A DNA stretch of 64,000 nt, taken from Magallana gigas. Lineage: Eukaryota. Under the pieces are notes generated by a model. It was not told the DNA's origin, did no database searches, and saw only the letters and a list, made by a program, of their open reading frames with translations. The stretch lies in the NCBI RefSeq assembly GCF_963853765.1, contig NC_088853.1:21142001-21206000 (forward strand). Reading direction: 5' to 3'. This document shows, piece after piece, positions 1-9,839 of this stretch (its first letter is position 1; every line of letters begins with the position of its first letter). The translations under genes and the position numbers were made by a program.

Positions 1-113
1 TATTCAGAACTGTTTTTTTACCTTGGGTATAAATTAAAACTCTCAATACCAGTGGTGTAAATGAATAAATTAGTCAAAGAGATTAAAGAAAAATAATATG
101 ATAACTTTGTTAA

Positions 114-425
114 GGTGGAATATGGGACACCTCCATGTTGTTGATTGAAATAAACAACAAAATGAAGTCTAATTATACAAGTTAGTTTCTTTCTCAATAT
201 TGTCACCTAACAGAATATCGCAGTGGTTTAGATGGTTACTACAAATATGTACCTCATGATTTCGAATCCCGCTGGGGGTTTTACATTTGTCACCTCTCCA
301 GAAAATTAGTTTCAAAAGCTATTTTGTGGTTAAATAGTGTAGAATTTGAAAATTCTAAACTGGTGAAAGTATTCTAAATTTAATGTGCATTAAAACATTA
401 ATATAGACAGGTGTCGCATACCAAC
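114..425 (+). mobile_element. Small non-autonomous TIR element (MITE), TTAA-flanked, Kolobok-like
   Basis: Left end TTAA|GGTGGAATATGGGACACCT (110-132) is an imperfect inverted repeat of right end AGGTGTCGCATACCAAC|TTCA (409-429). Confidence 0.6.
218..282 (+). other. tRNA-derived (Pol III A/B-box-like) segment inside the MITE
   Basis: CGCAGTGGTTTAGATGG (A-box-like) and TTTCGAATCCCGCTGGGG (B-box/T-arm-like) about 35 nt apart; no full cloverleaf. Confidence 0.45.
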
Positions 426-579
426 TTCATTTAACTGCAAAATTCTAATCTTTGTGAGATTCTTATAGAAGTTAAGTTTCACTGCATAAAACATTTTAAA
501 TTTAATAAGACAGTTGATATTCCTTGATAGTCTTTTTATTTACCTAAAACTATGAAAGTGATATATAAATATACTCTTT

Positions 580-945
580 ATTATTGTTATACTTTCATGT
601 TAAATACTGAAATCTGATTGGTTAAGACACAGTTAATAATATTTACTATTACCCTCAGCGTTAGCAACGCACTTGGCAACGGGTAACATTAAAAAATGTT
701 ACATGCGCGAAAATTATGCGCGTACGGTTCGCTGTAGAATTCACGTTATTCCTATATAAAAGCAGTAAAATTTTCTTAAAAAGACATTCAGTATAACAAA
801 ATAAATAGTGCCTGTTTGGGAGGATAACAGTTGAAATTGACACCCTCGAAAACCATTGTCAACCTCCGCTTCGCGTCGGTTGACAATGGTTTTCTCGGGG
901 TGTCAATTTCAACTGTTACCCTCCCAAACAGGCACTATTTATATA
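580..945. mobile_element. Non-autonomous element with long hairpin (Crypton-like)
   Basis: About 64-bp near-perfect inverted repeat 801-864 / 878-942 around loop TCCGCTTCGCGTC; left part carries CTGATTGG. The family label is recalled from similar invertebrate repeats, not proven. Confidence 0.45.
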
Positions 946-1080
946 CTGTATATAAATACAAATTTCAAAAACCATGTTAAGGAAACCCATTAGATTGAGG
1001 TATTTACATTGTTTAATACATGTACTTACATGTAATAAATAATTGTTACATTTAAACAGATATCATTTCATTTCAGAATC

Positions 1081-3507
1081 ATGTCGGGAGTGAATTTCAT
1101 GAACATTGAAAACCAAATGAAGAGCGATGCAGTCAGAAGATATTTCATTTCCCAAAGACAATTCTGCTTTGACATGCAGTTTTGGAACAACCTTCAGGGG
1201 ATGTCTCATCAACATTTTGAAGATTTTCCAGATATAGAAGAGTTCTCACTGAAATGGCATCCCAATCCAAGTGACAATTATCTGAAGGACATATTTTTAG
1301 ACCATTTTCAGAGAGAAAAACTATCCTATGAAGAATCTTTTCAAAAACTGCCGGCCTGTGTTTTATCATGTGACCACACTTTCAAGGTTTCTGTGAATAT
1401 TGGTTTCATGAACCCTAAAACAAAAACTTGGACAAAGCAGTATGATTCTCTTTTCATGATCTTAAATGAATTTGGTCAAGTCTTAAGTTTTGAATTTGTG
1501 AAAACGACTGCCTTCTCAAGTATTGAAAATCATTTTAGATCTCTTGAAACTTCTTTAGGTAATGCTGTGAAATTAATAGTACTTGACAACTGTTGTCACT
1601 GGAAAAGTAAAATTCAAAAAATTTTTGCAAACGCTGATGTAAAACTAGACATATTTCATGCTGTTCAACGCATAACAAAAAAAGTTTCCAAAAAGAATGA
1701 ATTCTGGAAGGAAATACAAAAAAACTTAAGAGTAGTATTCAGGCAATCTAACGATGTCAAGAAAGAAAGAAAACTATCAACACCAAACTCAGAAATAATC
1801 CTCAATTCCTTTGATAATTTTGTAAGAAAGTGGGAAAAGTTGAAAGACAGTACTGACACTCCCATTTTCTCATCTGATGCACTTAAAGCATGCATGAATC
1901 TCAGAAAACACATAGAGAAAGGTTGTTTATCTGATATTCCAACAGGAACGGGGACCAACAGAAATGAAAAGTTACACCATTTTTTGAATAATTCAGCAAT
2001 GGCAATTGGAAGAATTGGTCCAGAACTTGCAAAAGCTCTTTTGTGCATTCTTTTGTATTTTTGGAACTCTTGCAGAAATCCCGACAATAACTTACATGTA
2101 GTTTATCCAGTGTTTACAAATTTTCATTCCGGGAATGCTAAAAGTATATGTTATTTTTCTACAAACAAAGTTTTGCAACCTAACCCAGAGTTAAATGTTC
2201 AGGAAAAAAAAGAAGAAGAAAAGGGCTTCGTGGAATTAAACAAAACAATGACTTTAGATAAATCCGAGGAAGATGTATATTGGTCAACATTAATGTTTTG
2301 TGAAACATTAAAATCTTTTAAGGCAGTAGATTTGAAAGAAACATCAATGGAGTCACTTTTATGGGCTTCATCAAACCGACAACATTTACTTAAGCCTGTT
2401 ATATCTGCCGAGATTCTTGAGCATTTAACTGTTTTAGGAAATAATGCATCTCGACTAAACATGGTGATTGTAGATACTCCTGAAGATGGAGATTGTCTCT
2501 TTTACTCTGTGGCATATGGCTTACAAAAGATATTTCATAATATTCCGAATTGTTTAAATCAGTATGAGAGATTTCAGAATGTCATCAATGATATCAATGA
2601 ATTGTCATTTTTGTGTAGACAGGTAACAGTAGATGAAATCATGAACAACATTAACTTTTATCAGAGTTTCTTTGATATTAATGATGTTTTTCACAATGTT
2701 GAATGCTATCGAGAGAAAGGTACTTTTGAAGGCAACATGGGTGACATTCTTATATCAGCGCTTTGTAATTTTTTGCGCATTCCAATATGTATAATCACTG
2801 CAAGAGTAGACACTGAGATAATCCTGATACAAAGTAATAGTATGCATATTGTCTCAACACCACTTTTTGTTGCATACAACCACATAGGACCTGGCCATTA
2901 TAGCGCCATGAACGAATGCTCTCAGACTGTTGATTTAAAGGAAGATGCTGAACCAAAATCCAGTGAAAAGAGAGAATGTGTCCAGAGGAAATGTAGATGT
3001 GGAAGATCAAAGCCCAAAATGATGCTTCAAAATCAGAAATTTTGCAGCAAAAGCAGATGCCCATGTCACAAAAATAAATTGGCATGCACAATTGACTGTG
3101 ATTGTGTTAATTGTGAAAACCCTCATGGATCTACACGAGGCAACATAGTAGGTGGACAGAGGGCTACAAGTAGAAAAAGACGAAGAGCCCATATTAACTT
3201 TTTCAACCAAACAGGACATTCTTATCTGGAAAAACAGAAAGAGAAAATTTCCCAAGGAAGATGGTCAAGAGAGGAAACATTTCTTTTACGGAAAATAGCC
3301 ATGAGATCAACAAAAAGAAATAACAGAAAGCCAACAGCCACTTCCCTATGTGCTCAATATAACAAACTGGTAGACACTTTCATTAAAAGAACTGGTTCTT
3401 TGAGCATAAGAAACAAAACTATTCAGCAGGTTCAACAAAAGATTCAGCATATTGTGAAGTCAAATGCTAAATGCGAAACAGTGCAACTGAAAAGTAAATG
3501 CGAGTGA
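1081..3507 (+). CDS. DDE transposase (KDZ/Zisupton- or Mutator-related) fused to OTU-like peptidase, tesmin/TSO1-type CXC and Myb/SANT-like domains; probably the 3' exon of a spliced gene
   Basis: Uninterrupted 808 codons. Transposase motifs CDHTFK (D98), LDNCC (D169), LDIFHAVQRI (D190/H193), GTNRNEKLH (E296). OTU motifs DGDCLFYSV (C472) and GHY (H606). 9-Cys cluster CRC...C...CPC...C...CDC..C. Basic RKRRR. GRWSREETFLL. Splice acceptor TTTCATTTCAG ends at 1076. Confidence 0.8.
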   Translation: MSGVNFMNIENQMKSDAVRRYFISQRQFCFDMQFWNNLQGMSHQHFEDFPDIEEFSLKWHPNPSDNYLKDIFLDHFQREKLSYEESFQKLPACVLSCDHTFKVSVNIGFMNPKTKTWTKQYDSLFMILNEFGQVLSFEFVKTTAFSSIENHFRSLETSLGNAVKLIVLDNCCHWKSKIQKIFANADVKLDIFHAVQRITKKVSKKNEFWKEIQKNLRVVFRQSNDVKKERKLSTPNSEIILNSFDNFVRKWEKLKDSTDTPIFSSDALKACMNLRKHIEKGCLSDIPTGTGTNRNEKLHHFLNNSAMAIGRIGPELAKALLCILLYFWNSCRNPDNNLHVVYPVFTNFHSGNAKSICYFSTNKVLQPNPELNVQEKKEEEKGFVELNKTMTLDKSEEDVYWSTLMFCETLKSFKAVDLKETSMESLLWASSNRQHLLKPVISAEILEHLTVLGNNASRLNMVIVDTPEDGDCLFYSVAYGLQKIFHNIPNCLNQYERFQNVINDINELSFLCRQVTVDEIMNNINFYQSFFDINDVFHNVECYREKGTFEGNMGDILISALCNFLRIPICIITARVDTEIILIQSNSMHIVSTPLFVAYNHIGPGHYSAMNECSQTVDLKEDAEPKSSEKRECVQRKCRCGRSKPKMMLQNQKFCSKSRCPCHKNKLACTIDCDCVNCENPHGSTRGNIVGGQRATSRKRRRAHINFFNQTGHSYLEKQKEKISQGRWSREETFLLRKIAMRSTKRNNRKPTATSLCAQYNKLVDTFIKRTGSLSIRNKTIQQVQQKIQHIVKSNAKCETVQLKSKCE

Positions 3508-4844
3508 CACTGCAGAATGTGAAATACCGGTAGTATGCTAATCTATATAGCTTGTGTATATGATTTGCTGGACTAAAATTCAATGAACATTTGCGTGTAA
3601 TTTGAACTGACCCTAGAGAAATGCTTCATGAGTACATATATTGAGCCAAGCGCTTCAACATGTTTGTTTGTAATATTTATTGCATGGTTTATAACTAAAT
3701 TTCAAATGTGTTTGATCTGATTAAAGTTCTATATAATGAAATTTGTTTATCTTAAGTCTTTATTTGTAATTCAGATAGAAAAAGGTGTTGGTAATTTTTG
3801 CAACTATCATGAAGAATATGTCAAATATTTACATAATATTGAAGTTAATATACAAAAATATCAGAGGTTTCATTTCTGGTTGTCATAGACGGAAGTGCAG
3901 GGTTGCAATAAACTGGAAGTAAAGATTACCGTTATGGCCAAGTTAATAGATATATTCTGTCATCTTTAAAGCCACGCATGGAATAGCACAAAGCATCTTT
4001 TCACTGGCGAGGATAATTCCAACATGTCTCATAACTAATCAATGTACTAAGTGGCTTCTTTCATCATTCAATGTAAAACACATGCTTGAAAACTTATCAT
4101 TCACCCAGTTTAAAAAGCGTTTCTATGCCCTCAATTCAGGTCACACTATTTTTAAAATATGACAAGATTTTGGGATCACAATGGCTTCCAAAGTGGCCTA
4201 CCAAAACAATGAAAAGTAGTATATTTTTTTTAAAAAGTGGTAGATAGGTGACAGGGCCAAGAAGCGGTATACTTCCATGTAAAGCGGAAGAGTAAAGCAT
4301 GTACGGTTTGTGGTCATAAATGTACTATATATGGTTGTAAACAAGCAGCTTGAAATGTGCATGACATGTAATGATATGATACTATACATTACATAGTGTC
4401 TGCTAGAGACTGTCCCTATGAGAGTCATGCATAGAGTGGGTTAAACATTCCAGGGGCATGTCAGAAATGTCCGAAATAAATCAACATATGCAAGAGTTAT
4501 GTAAAATTAAAGAAAAATACCCAAATTTAAATGTTTAAATATATGATTGTTTTGTTTATCAAAATAAATCATATCATAAATTTGTATGTTAATCTGATGG
4601 TTAATTTGTTGACCATCCAACCTCTTAGATTAATCTTGCTATTACATCATGTACTGGTAATAGAGATGAAATACATTAAAGTGCTATTTCTTTCCATTAC
4701 TGAATGTAGAGAAACAATGGCTATTTCTTTTCTATCCAAACTAAGTAAACATTTCTGAATATTGAAAAACATTTTGAGAACAAAGATTTTAATTTGATAA
4801 TTTTTAAATCTCTGACTGTGGGACAGGGCTAAAGTATAATAAAA

Positions 4845-5730
4845 GATTTGGTGCTATTTGTCGCCAACTCTGGGAGAGAGTTTAGGTGTAGGAGATTTGG
4901 TGCTATTTGTCGCTGACTTTTTTTTAAGTTAAGGTATGGGAGATTTGGCGCTATTTGTCGCAGACTTTGGGAGAGAGTTAATGGTGAAGGAGATTTGGCG
5001 CTATTTGTCGCTGACTTTTGAAGAGGGTTTAGGTATGGGAGATTTGGCACTATTTGTCGCTGACTTTTGAAGAGAGTTTAGGTGTAGGAGATTTGGTGCT
5101 ATTTGTCGCTGACTTTTGAAGAGGGTTTAGGTATGGGAGATTTGGTGCTATTTGTCGCTGACTTTTGAAGAGGGTTTAGGTATGGGAGATTTGGCGCTAT
5201 TTGTCGCCAACTTTGGGAGAGAGTTTAGGTGTAGGAGATTTGGTGCAATTTGTCGCTGAATTTTGAAGGTACATGTAGTTTAGGTATGGGAGATTTGGCG
5301 CTATTTGTCGCTGACTTTGGGAAAGAGATTAGGTGTAGGAGATTTGGTGCTGTTTGTCGCTGACTTTTGAAGGTAGTTTAGGTATGGGAGATTTGGCGCT
5401 ATTTGTCGCCAACTTTGGGAGAGTGTTTAGGTGTAGGAGATTTGGTGCTGTTTGTCGCTGACTTTTGAAGAGGGTTTAGGTATGGGAGATTTGGCGCTAT
5501 TTGTCGCCAACTTTGGGAGAGAGTTTAGGTGTAGGAGATTTGGTGCTATTTGTCGCTGACTTTTTTTGAAAGTTAAGGTATGGGAGATTTGGCGCTATTT
5601 GTCGCTGACTTTGGAGGGAGCTGAGGTATAAGAGATTTGGTGCTATTTGTCGCTGAGTTTAGGAGAGATTTTAGGTATGGGAGAATTTGGTGCTATTTGT
5701 TGCTGACTTTTCAAGAGAGTTTATGGAGGC
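4845..5730. repeat. Tandem array of alternating 47/49-bp units
   Basis: About 18 copies of core GGAGATTTGG(C/T)GCTATTTGTCGC with alternating TTTAGGTGTA / TTTAGGTATG variants. Confidence 0.9.
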
Positions 5731-5789
5731 TATCAACCAGCTACCCCCCTTCCCTCTTTTCTTTCGTGACTTCTTACATGAAAGATGAA

Positions 5790-7830
5790 CCAAACTGTAA
5801 TTATGTGTATTTTGATGGGAGTTTTCATTCGGGGGCGGTAATTGTCCGCTCCAAAATCTGTTTTACATTTGAAATTGTGATTATGTAATTTTGTTGGGAG
5901 TGTTGATTCGGGGGTTGTAATTGTCCGCTCCAAAATTTATGTAACGTTTGAAATTGTAATTATGTGTATTTTGATGGGAGTGTTCATTCGGGGGCGGAAA
6001 TTGTCCGCTCAAAAAATTTGTGTAAGGTTTGAAATTGTAATTATGTGTATTTTGATGGGAGTGTTCATTCGGGGGCGGAAATTGTCCGCTCAAAAAATTT
6101 GTGTAATGTTTGAAACTGTAATTATGTGTATTTTGATGGGAGTTTTCATTCGGGGGCGGTAATTGTCCGCTCCAAAATCTGTTTTACATTTGAAATTGTG
6201 ATTATGTAATTTTGATGGGAGTGTTGATTCGGGGGCGGTAATTGTCCGCTCCAAAATCTGTGTTACATTTGAAATTGTGATTATGCGTAATTTTGTTGGG
6301 AGTGTTGATTCGGGGGTTGTAATTGTCCGCTCCAAAATTTATGTAACGTTTGAAATGGTAATTATGTGTATTTTGATGGGAGTGTTCATTCGGGGGCGGT
6401 AATTGTCCGCTCCAAAATTTGTGTAACATTTGAAATTGTAATTATGTGTATTTTGATGGGAGTGTTCATTCGGGGGCGGAAATTGTCCGCTCAAAAAATT
6501 TGTGTAAGGTTTGAAATTGTAATTATGTGTATTTTGATGGGAGTGTTCATTCGGGGGCGGAAATTGTCCGCTCAAAAAATTTGTGTAATGTTTGAAACTG
6601 TAATTATGTGTATTTTGATGGGAGTTTTCATTCGGGGGCGGTAATTGTCCGCTCCAAAATCTGTTTTACATTTGAAATTGTGATTATGTAATTTTGTTGG
6701 GAGTGTTGATTCGGGGGTTGTAATTGTCCGCTCCAAAATTTATGTAACGTTTGAAATTGTAATTATGTGTATTTTGATGGGAGTGTTCATTCGGGGGCGG
6801 AAATTGTCCGCTCAAAAAATTTGTGTAAGGTTTGAAATTGTAATTATGTGTATTTTGATGGGAGTGTTCATTCGGGGGCGGAAATTGTCCGCTCAAAAAA
6901 TTTGTGTAATGTTTGAAACTGTAATTATGTGTATTTTGATGGGAGTTTTCATTCGGGGGCGGTAATTGTCCGCTCCAAAATCTGTTTTACATTTGAAATT
7001 GTGATTATGTAATTTTGATGGGAGTGTTGATTCGGGGGCGGTAATTGTCCGCTCCAAAATCTGTGTTACATTTGAAATTGTGATTATGCGTAATTTTGTT
7101 GGGAGTGTTGATTCGGGGGTTGTAATTGTCCGCTCCAAAATTTATGTAACGTTTGAAATGGTAATTATGTGTATTTTGATGGGAGTGTTCATTCGGGGGC
7201 GGTAATTGTCCGCTCCAAAATCTGTGTTACATTTGAAATTGTGATTATGTGTATTTTGATGGGAGTGTTCATTCGGGGGTGGTAATTGTCCGCTCCAAAA
7301 TTTATGTAACGTTTGAAATGGTAATTATGTGTATTTTGATGGGAGTGTTCATTCGGGGGCGGTAATTGTCCGCTCCAAAATCTGTGTTACATTTGAAATT
7401 GTGATTATATGTAATTTTGTTGGGAGTGTTGATTCGGGGGTGGTAATTGTCCGCTCCAAAATTTGTGTAACATTTGAAATTGTAATCATGTGTATTTTGA
7501 TGGGAGTGTTCATTCGGGGGCGGTAATTGTCCGCTCAGAAATTTATGTAACGTTTGAAATGGTAATTATGTGTATTTTGATGGGAGTGTTCATTCGGGGG
7601 CGGTAATTGTCCGCTCCAAAATCTGTGTTACATTTGAAATTGTGATTATATGTAATTTTGTTGGGAGTGTTGATTCGGGGGTGGTAATTGTCCGCTCCAA
7701 AATTTGTGTAACATTTGAAATTGTAATCATGTGTATTTTGATGGGAGTGTTCATTCGGGGGCGGTAATTGTCCGCTCAAAAATCTGTGTTGCATTTGAAA
7801 TTTTGATTATGTAATTTTGTTGGGAGTGAC
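5790..7830. repeat. Satellite array, ~80-bp monomer, with higher-order repeats
   Basis: About 25 copies of AATTATGTGTATTTTGATGGGAGTGTTCATTCGGGGGCGGTAATTGTCCGCTCCAAAA...TTTGAAATTGT. Identical ORF translations recur at offsets of 803 bp (5881/6684, 5962/6765, 6090/6893) and 241 bp (7329/7570). Confidence 0.93.
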
Positions 7831-7856
7831 CTTTCTGTGAAATTTTCGTAACGGTC

Positions 7857-9102
7857 TAGCATTGTAATAGTGAGAAATTTGTGAGAATAAATGTTTGATA
7901 AACAAATACGTTGGTTTTGATATTTTTATCTTCGCTAGAATAGTGGGTTTTGATATTTTTATCTACGCTAGAATAGTGTTCAAGTAAAAATGGCGCGATA
8001 TTGAAAAACAGACCAGAGGAAATTCAGACTACCATATCTTTTTTTCTGATTCATTGACATATGAGTCTCTCATTTTCCAGTGAAAGCAGAACATTTGAAC
8101 ATTTAATTTCAGTTAAAAAATAAGACTTTGAATTATATCAAAATATATTATTTGACGATTTTGCATTTAAGGTCAACACAAAAAGCAACAAATTAGCACC
8201 ATACAGAGGAAATTGGGTTGCAGTTTGTAAAATACTTAGGAGGTGTTGACAATTTTTTTGGGGGGGAAAATCATTTTCTTTTAGTGTGTTAGGAATAGCG
8301 TATAAGGAAAATGAAATCAAATAATTGCAAACACTGTAGCATTACCGAATGGCTTAAAATTAAATTCACCCTTTGTACTTTGCATATTGTACATACGTAA
8401 TGCTGATTTCGATCCTTTTATATGTTTCAGAGTTGAAAAAATAATTATGAGATACATGTAGCAAATCATAAATTAAATATTTATTTGTTTATACCTATTG
8501 GAATTATTTTGTTCCTACCTGGTATCTTGTTATAAGGTGCAGATAGTTTAAAAATGTGTACTTTAACAGAGGAATTTCAAGTTAAACAGAGGAAATTTGG
8601 GATTTAAATGAATATTTTTGTACTTTTTTGGTGAATTTTATAAAGTACTAGCATTGTAATAAAGATATTATTAATTGACTGAGTGTTTATTGAACAAAAA
8701 GTTGGTATTGATTATTTTATCTACATTAGAATAGTGTTTAAGTGAAAATGGCGCGAAATTGTAAAAACAGACCAGAGGAAATTCAGACTGCAATATCTTT
8801 TTATCTAAGTCATTGACATATGAGTTTCTCCTTTTCCAGTGAAAGCATAACGTTTGAACTTTTAATTTCAGTTAAAAAATAAGACTTTCAATTATATTAA
8901 ATAATATTTTTTGACCATTTTGCATTGAAGGTCAACACAAAAAGCGACAAATTAAAACTATGCAGAGGAAATTCGGTTGCAGTTTGTAAAATACTGAGAA
9001 GGCGTTGACAAAATATTTTTGTAAAAAATCATTCTTCTGTTAATGTGTTATAAATAGCATATAAGAAAAATGAAATCAAATAATTGCAAACACTGTAGCA
9101 TT
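7857..9102. repeat. Two diverged copies of a ~470-bp direct repeat
   Basis: 7857-8343 and 8648-9102 both run from TAGCATTGTAATA through AAATGGCGCG...CAGACCAGAGGAAATTCAGACT to AAACACTGTAGCATT. Confidence 0.8.
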
Positions 9103-9300
9103 GCTTCATTTCTGTTGTAAGCGGTGTATTTTAATGAGCTGGAGCATTTCCAACAAGGGTATGTTTGGGTACCGTTACCATGGAAACAAACATATTGACC
9201 TATTAATTTTTTTTTATATTCTGTTAGAGGAAATACAGTGCTATCCGTTGAACCAAGTTTTAAAATTTTTTAATTACTTTCATGTGTGTCCCATACTCCC
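9103..9300. mobile_element. Right end of a TTAA-type non-autonomous DNA transposon
   Basis: Ends GTGTCCCATACTCCC|TTAA (9286-9304), related to the MITE termini at 114/425; contains GTTACCATGGAAAC. No matching left end found. Confidence 0.4.
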
Positions 9301-9634
9301 TTAAGGAAAAAAAAGATGGATATTTAAATGCATTTTAAATTGACTAAAATTATAGTGACAATGTACCACTTGATTTAAAAAAAAACCAAATTTCATAAAA
9401 CACTAGTAAAATGTACTTAAAAAAGGCATCCACTCACATGTACGACTCATAATTAAGTTATTCTGCCATTTCAGATAGCATAGTGTATTATTTCATCTTG
9501 TGCTGATCGCATTGTTTTAATCAAACGTAGCCTTTTAATTATATTTCGACTTTACCAAATTCTGAAAGAATACATGTACACATTGAATATATTTATACTT
9601 GCACATATATCATATGTTCATTATATATAAAGCA

Positions 9635-9733
9635 CCGACGATGAATTCATATTCTACTTCGCGATGACCGGGGTTGAAACTCAGAACCCACTCTCCTAGC
9701 AGTTAGCGGTAAACGCGCTAACCACTCGGCTAC
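9635..9733 (-). mobile_element. tRNA-derived SINE head
   Basis: Minus strand reads GTAGCCGAGTGGTTAGCGCG (A box)...GAGTTTCAACCCCGG (B-box-like); no CCA end or full cloverleaf. Confidence 0.5.
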
Positions 9734-9839
9734 TTGGAAGACAAAAAACTATAATTTTAATGACGAAAAAAGAGACAGTATGCATACAATGCTGATATTC
9801 ATACATTTTTCAGTAAGGATATAGACAACAGTATATTCC

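Noticed and set aside
3950-4330. Protein-like plus-strand frame (THGIAQSIF...FKKRFYALNSGH) and a CTVCGHKC cluster after the transposase
   Set aside because: Interrupted by stops, no start or splice support and no recognisable family.
4845-7830. CRISPR-like regularly spaced repeats and many short ORFs
   Set aside because: Units are contiguous with no unique spacers and no cas genes; the ORFs are translations of the satellite.
5790-7830. AATTGTCCGCTC resembles a lac operator half-site
   Set aside because: Short partial match in a eukaryotic satellite; no supporting context.
110-9304. TTAA-GG...TATGGGACAC at 110-130 and its inverse at 9286-9304 as TIRs of a 9.2-kb element enclosing the 808-aa ORF
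   Set aside because: The left end pairs better with AGGTGTCGCATACCAAC at 409-425, closing a 312-bp MITE; the 9300 end appears to be a related but separate element. Not fully excluded.
9635-9733. Functional tRNA gene
   Set aside because: Only A/B-box-like parts are present with no complete acceptor stem; treated as a SINE head.
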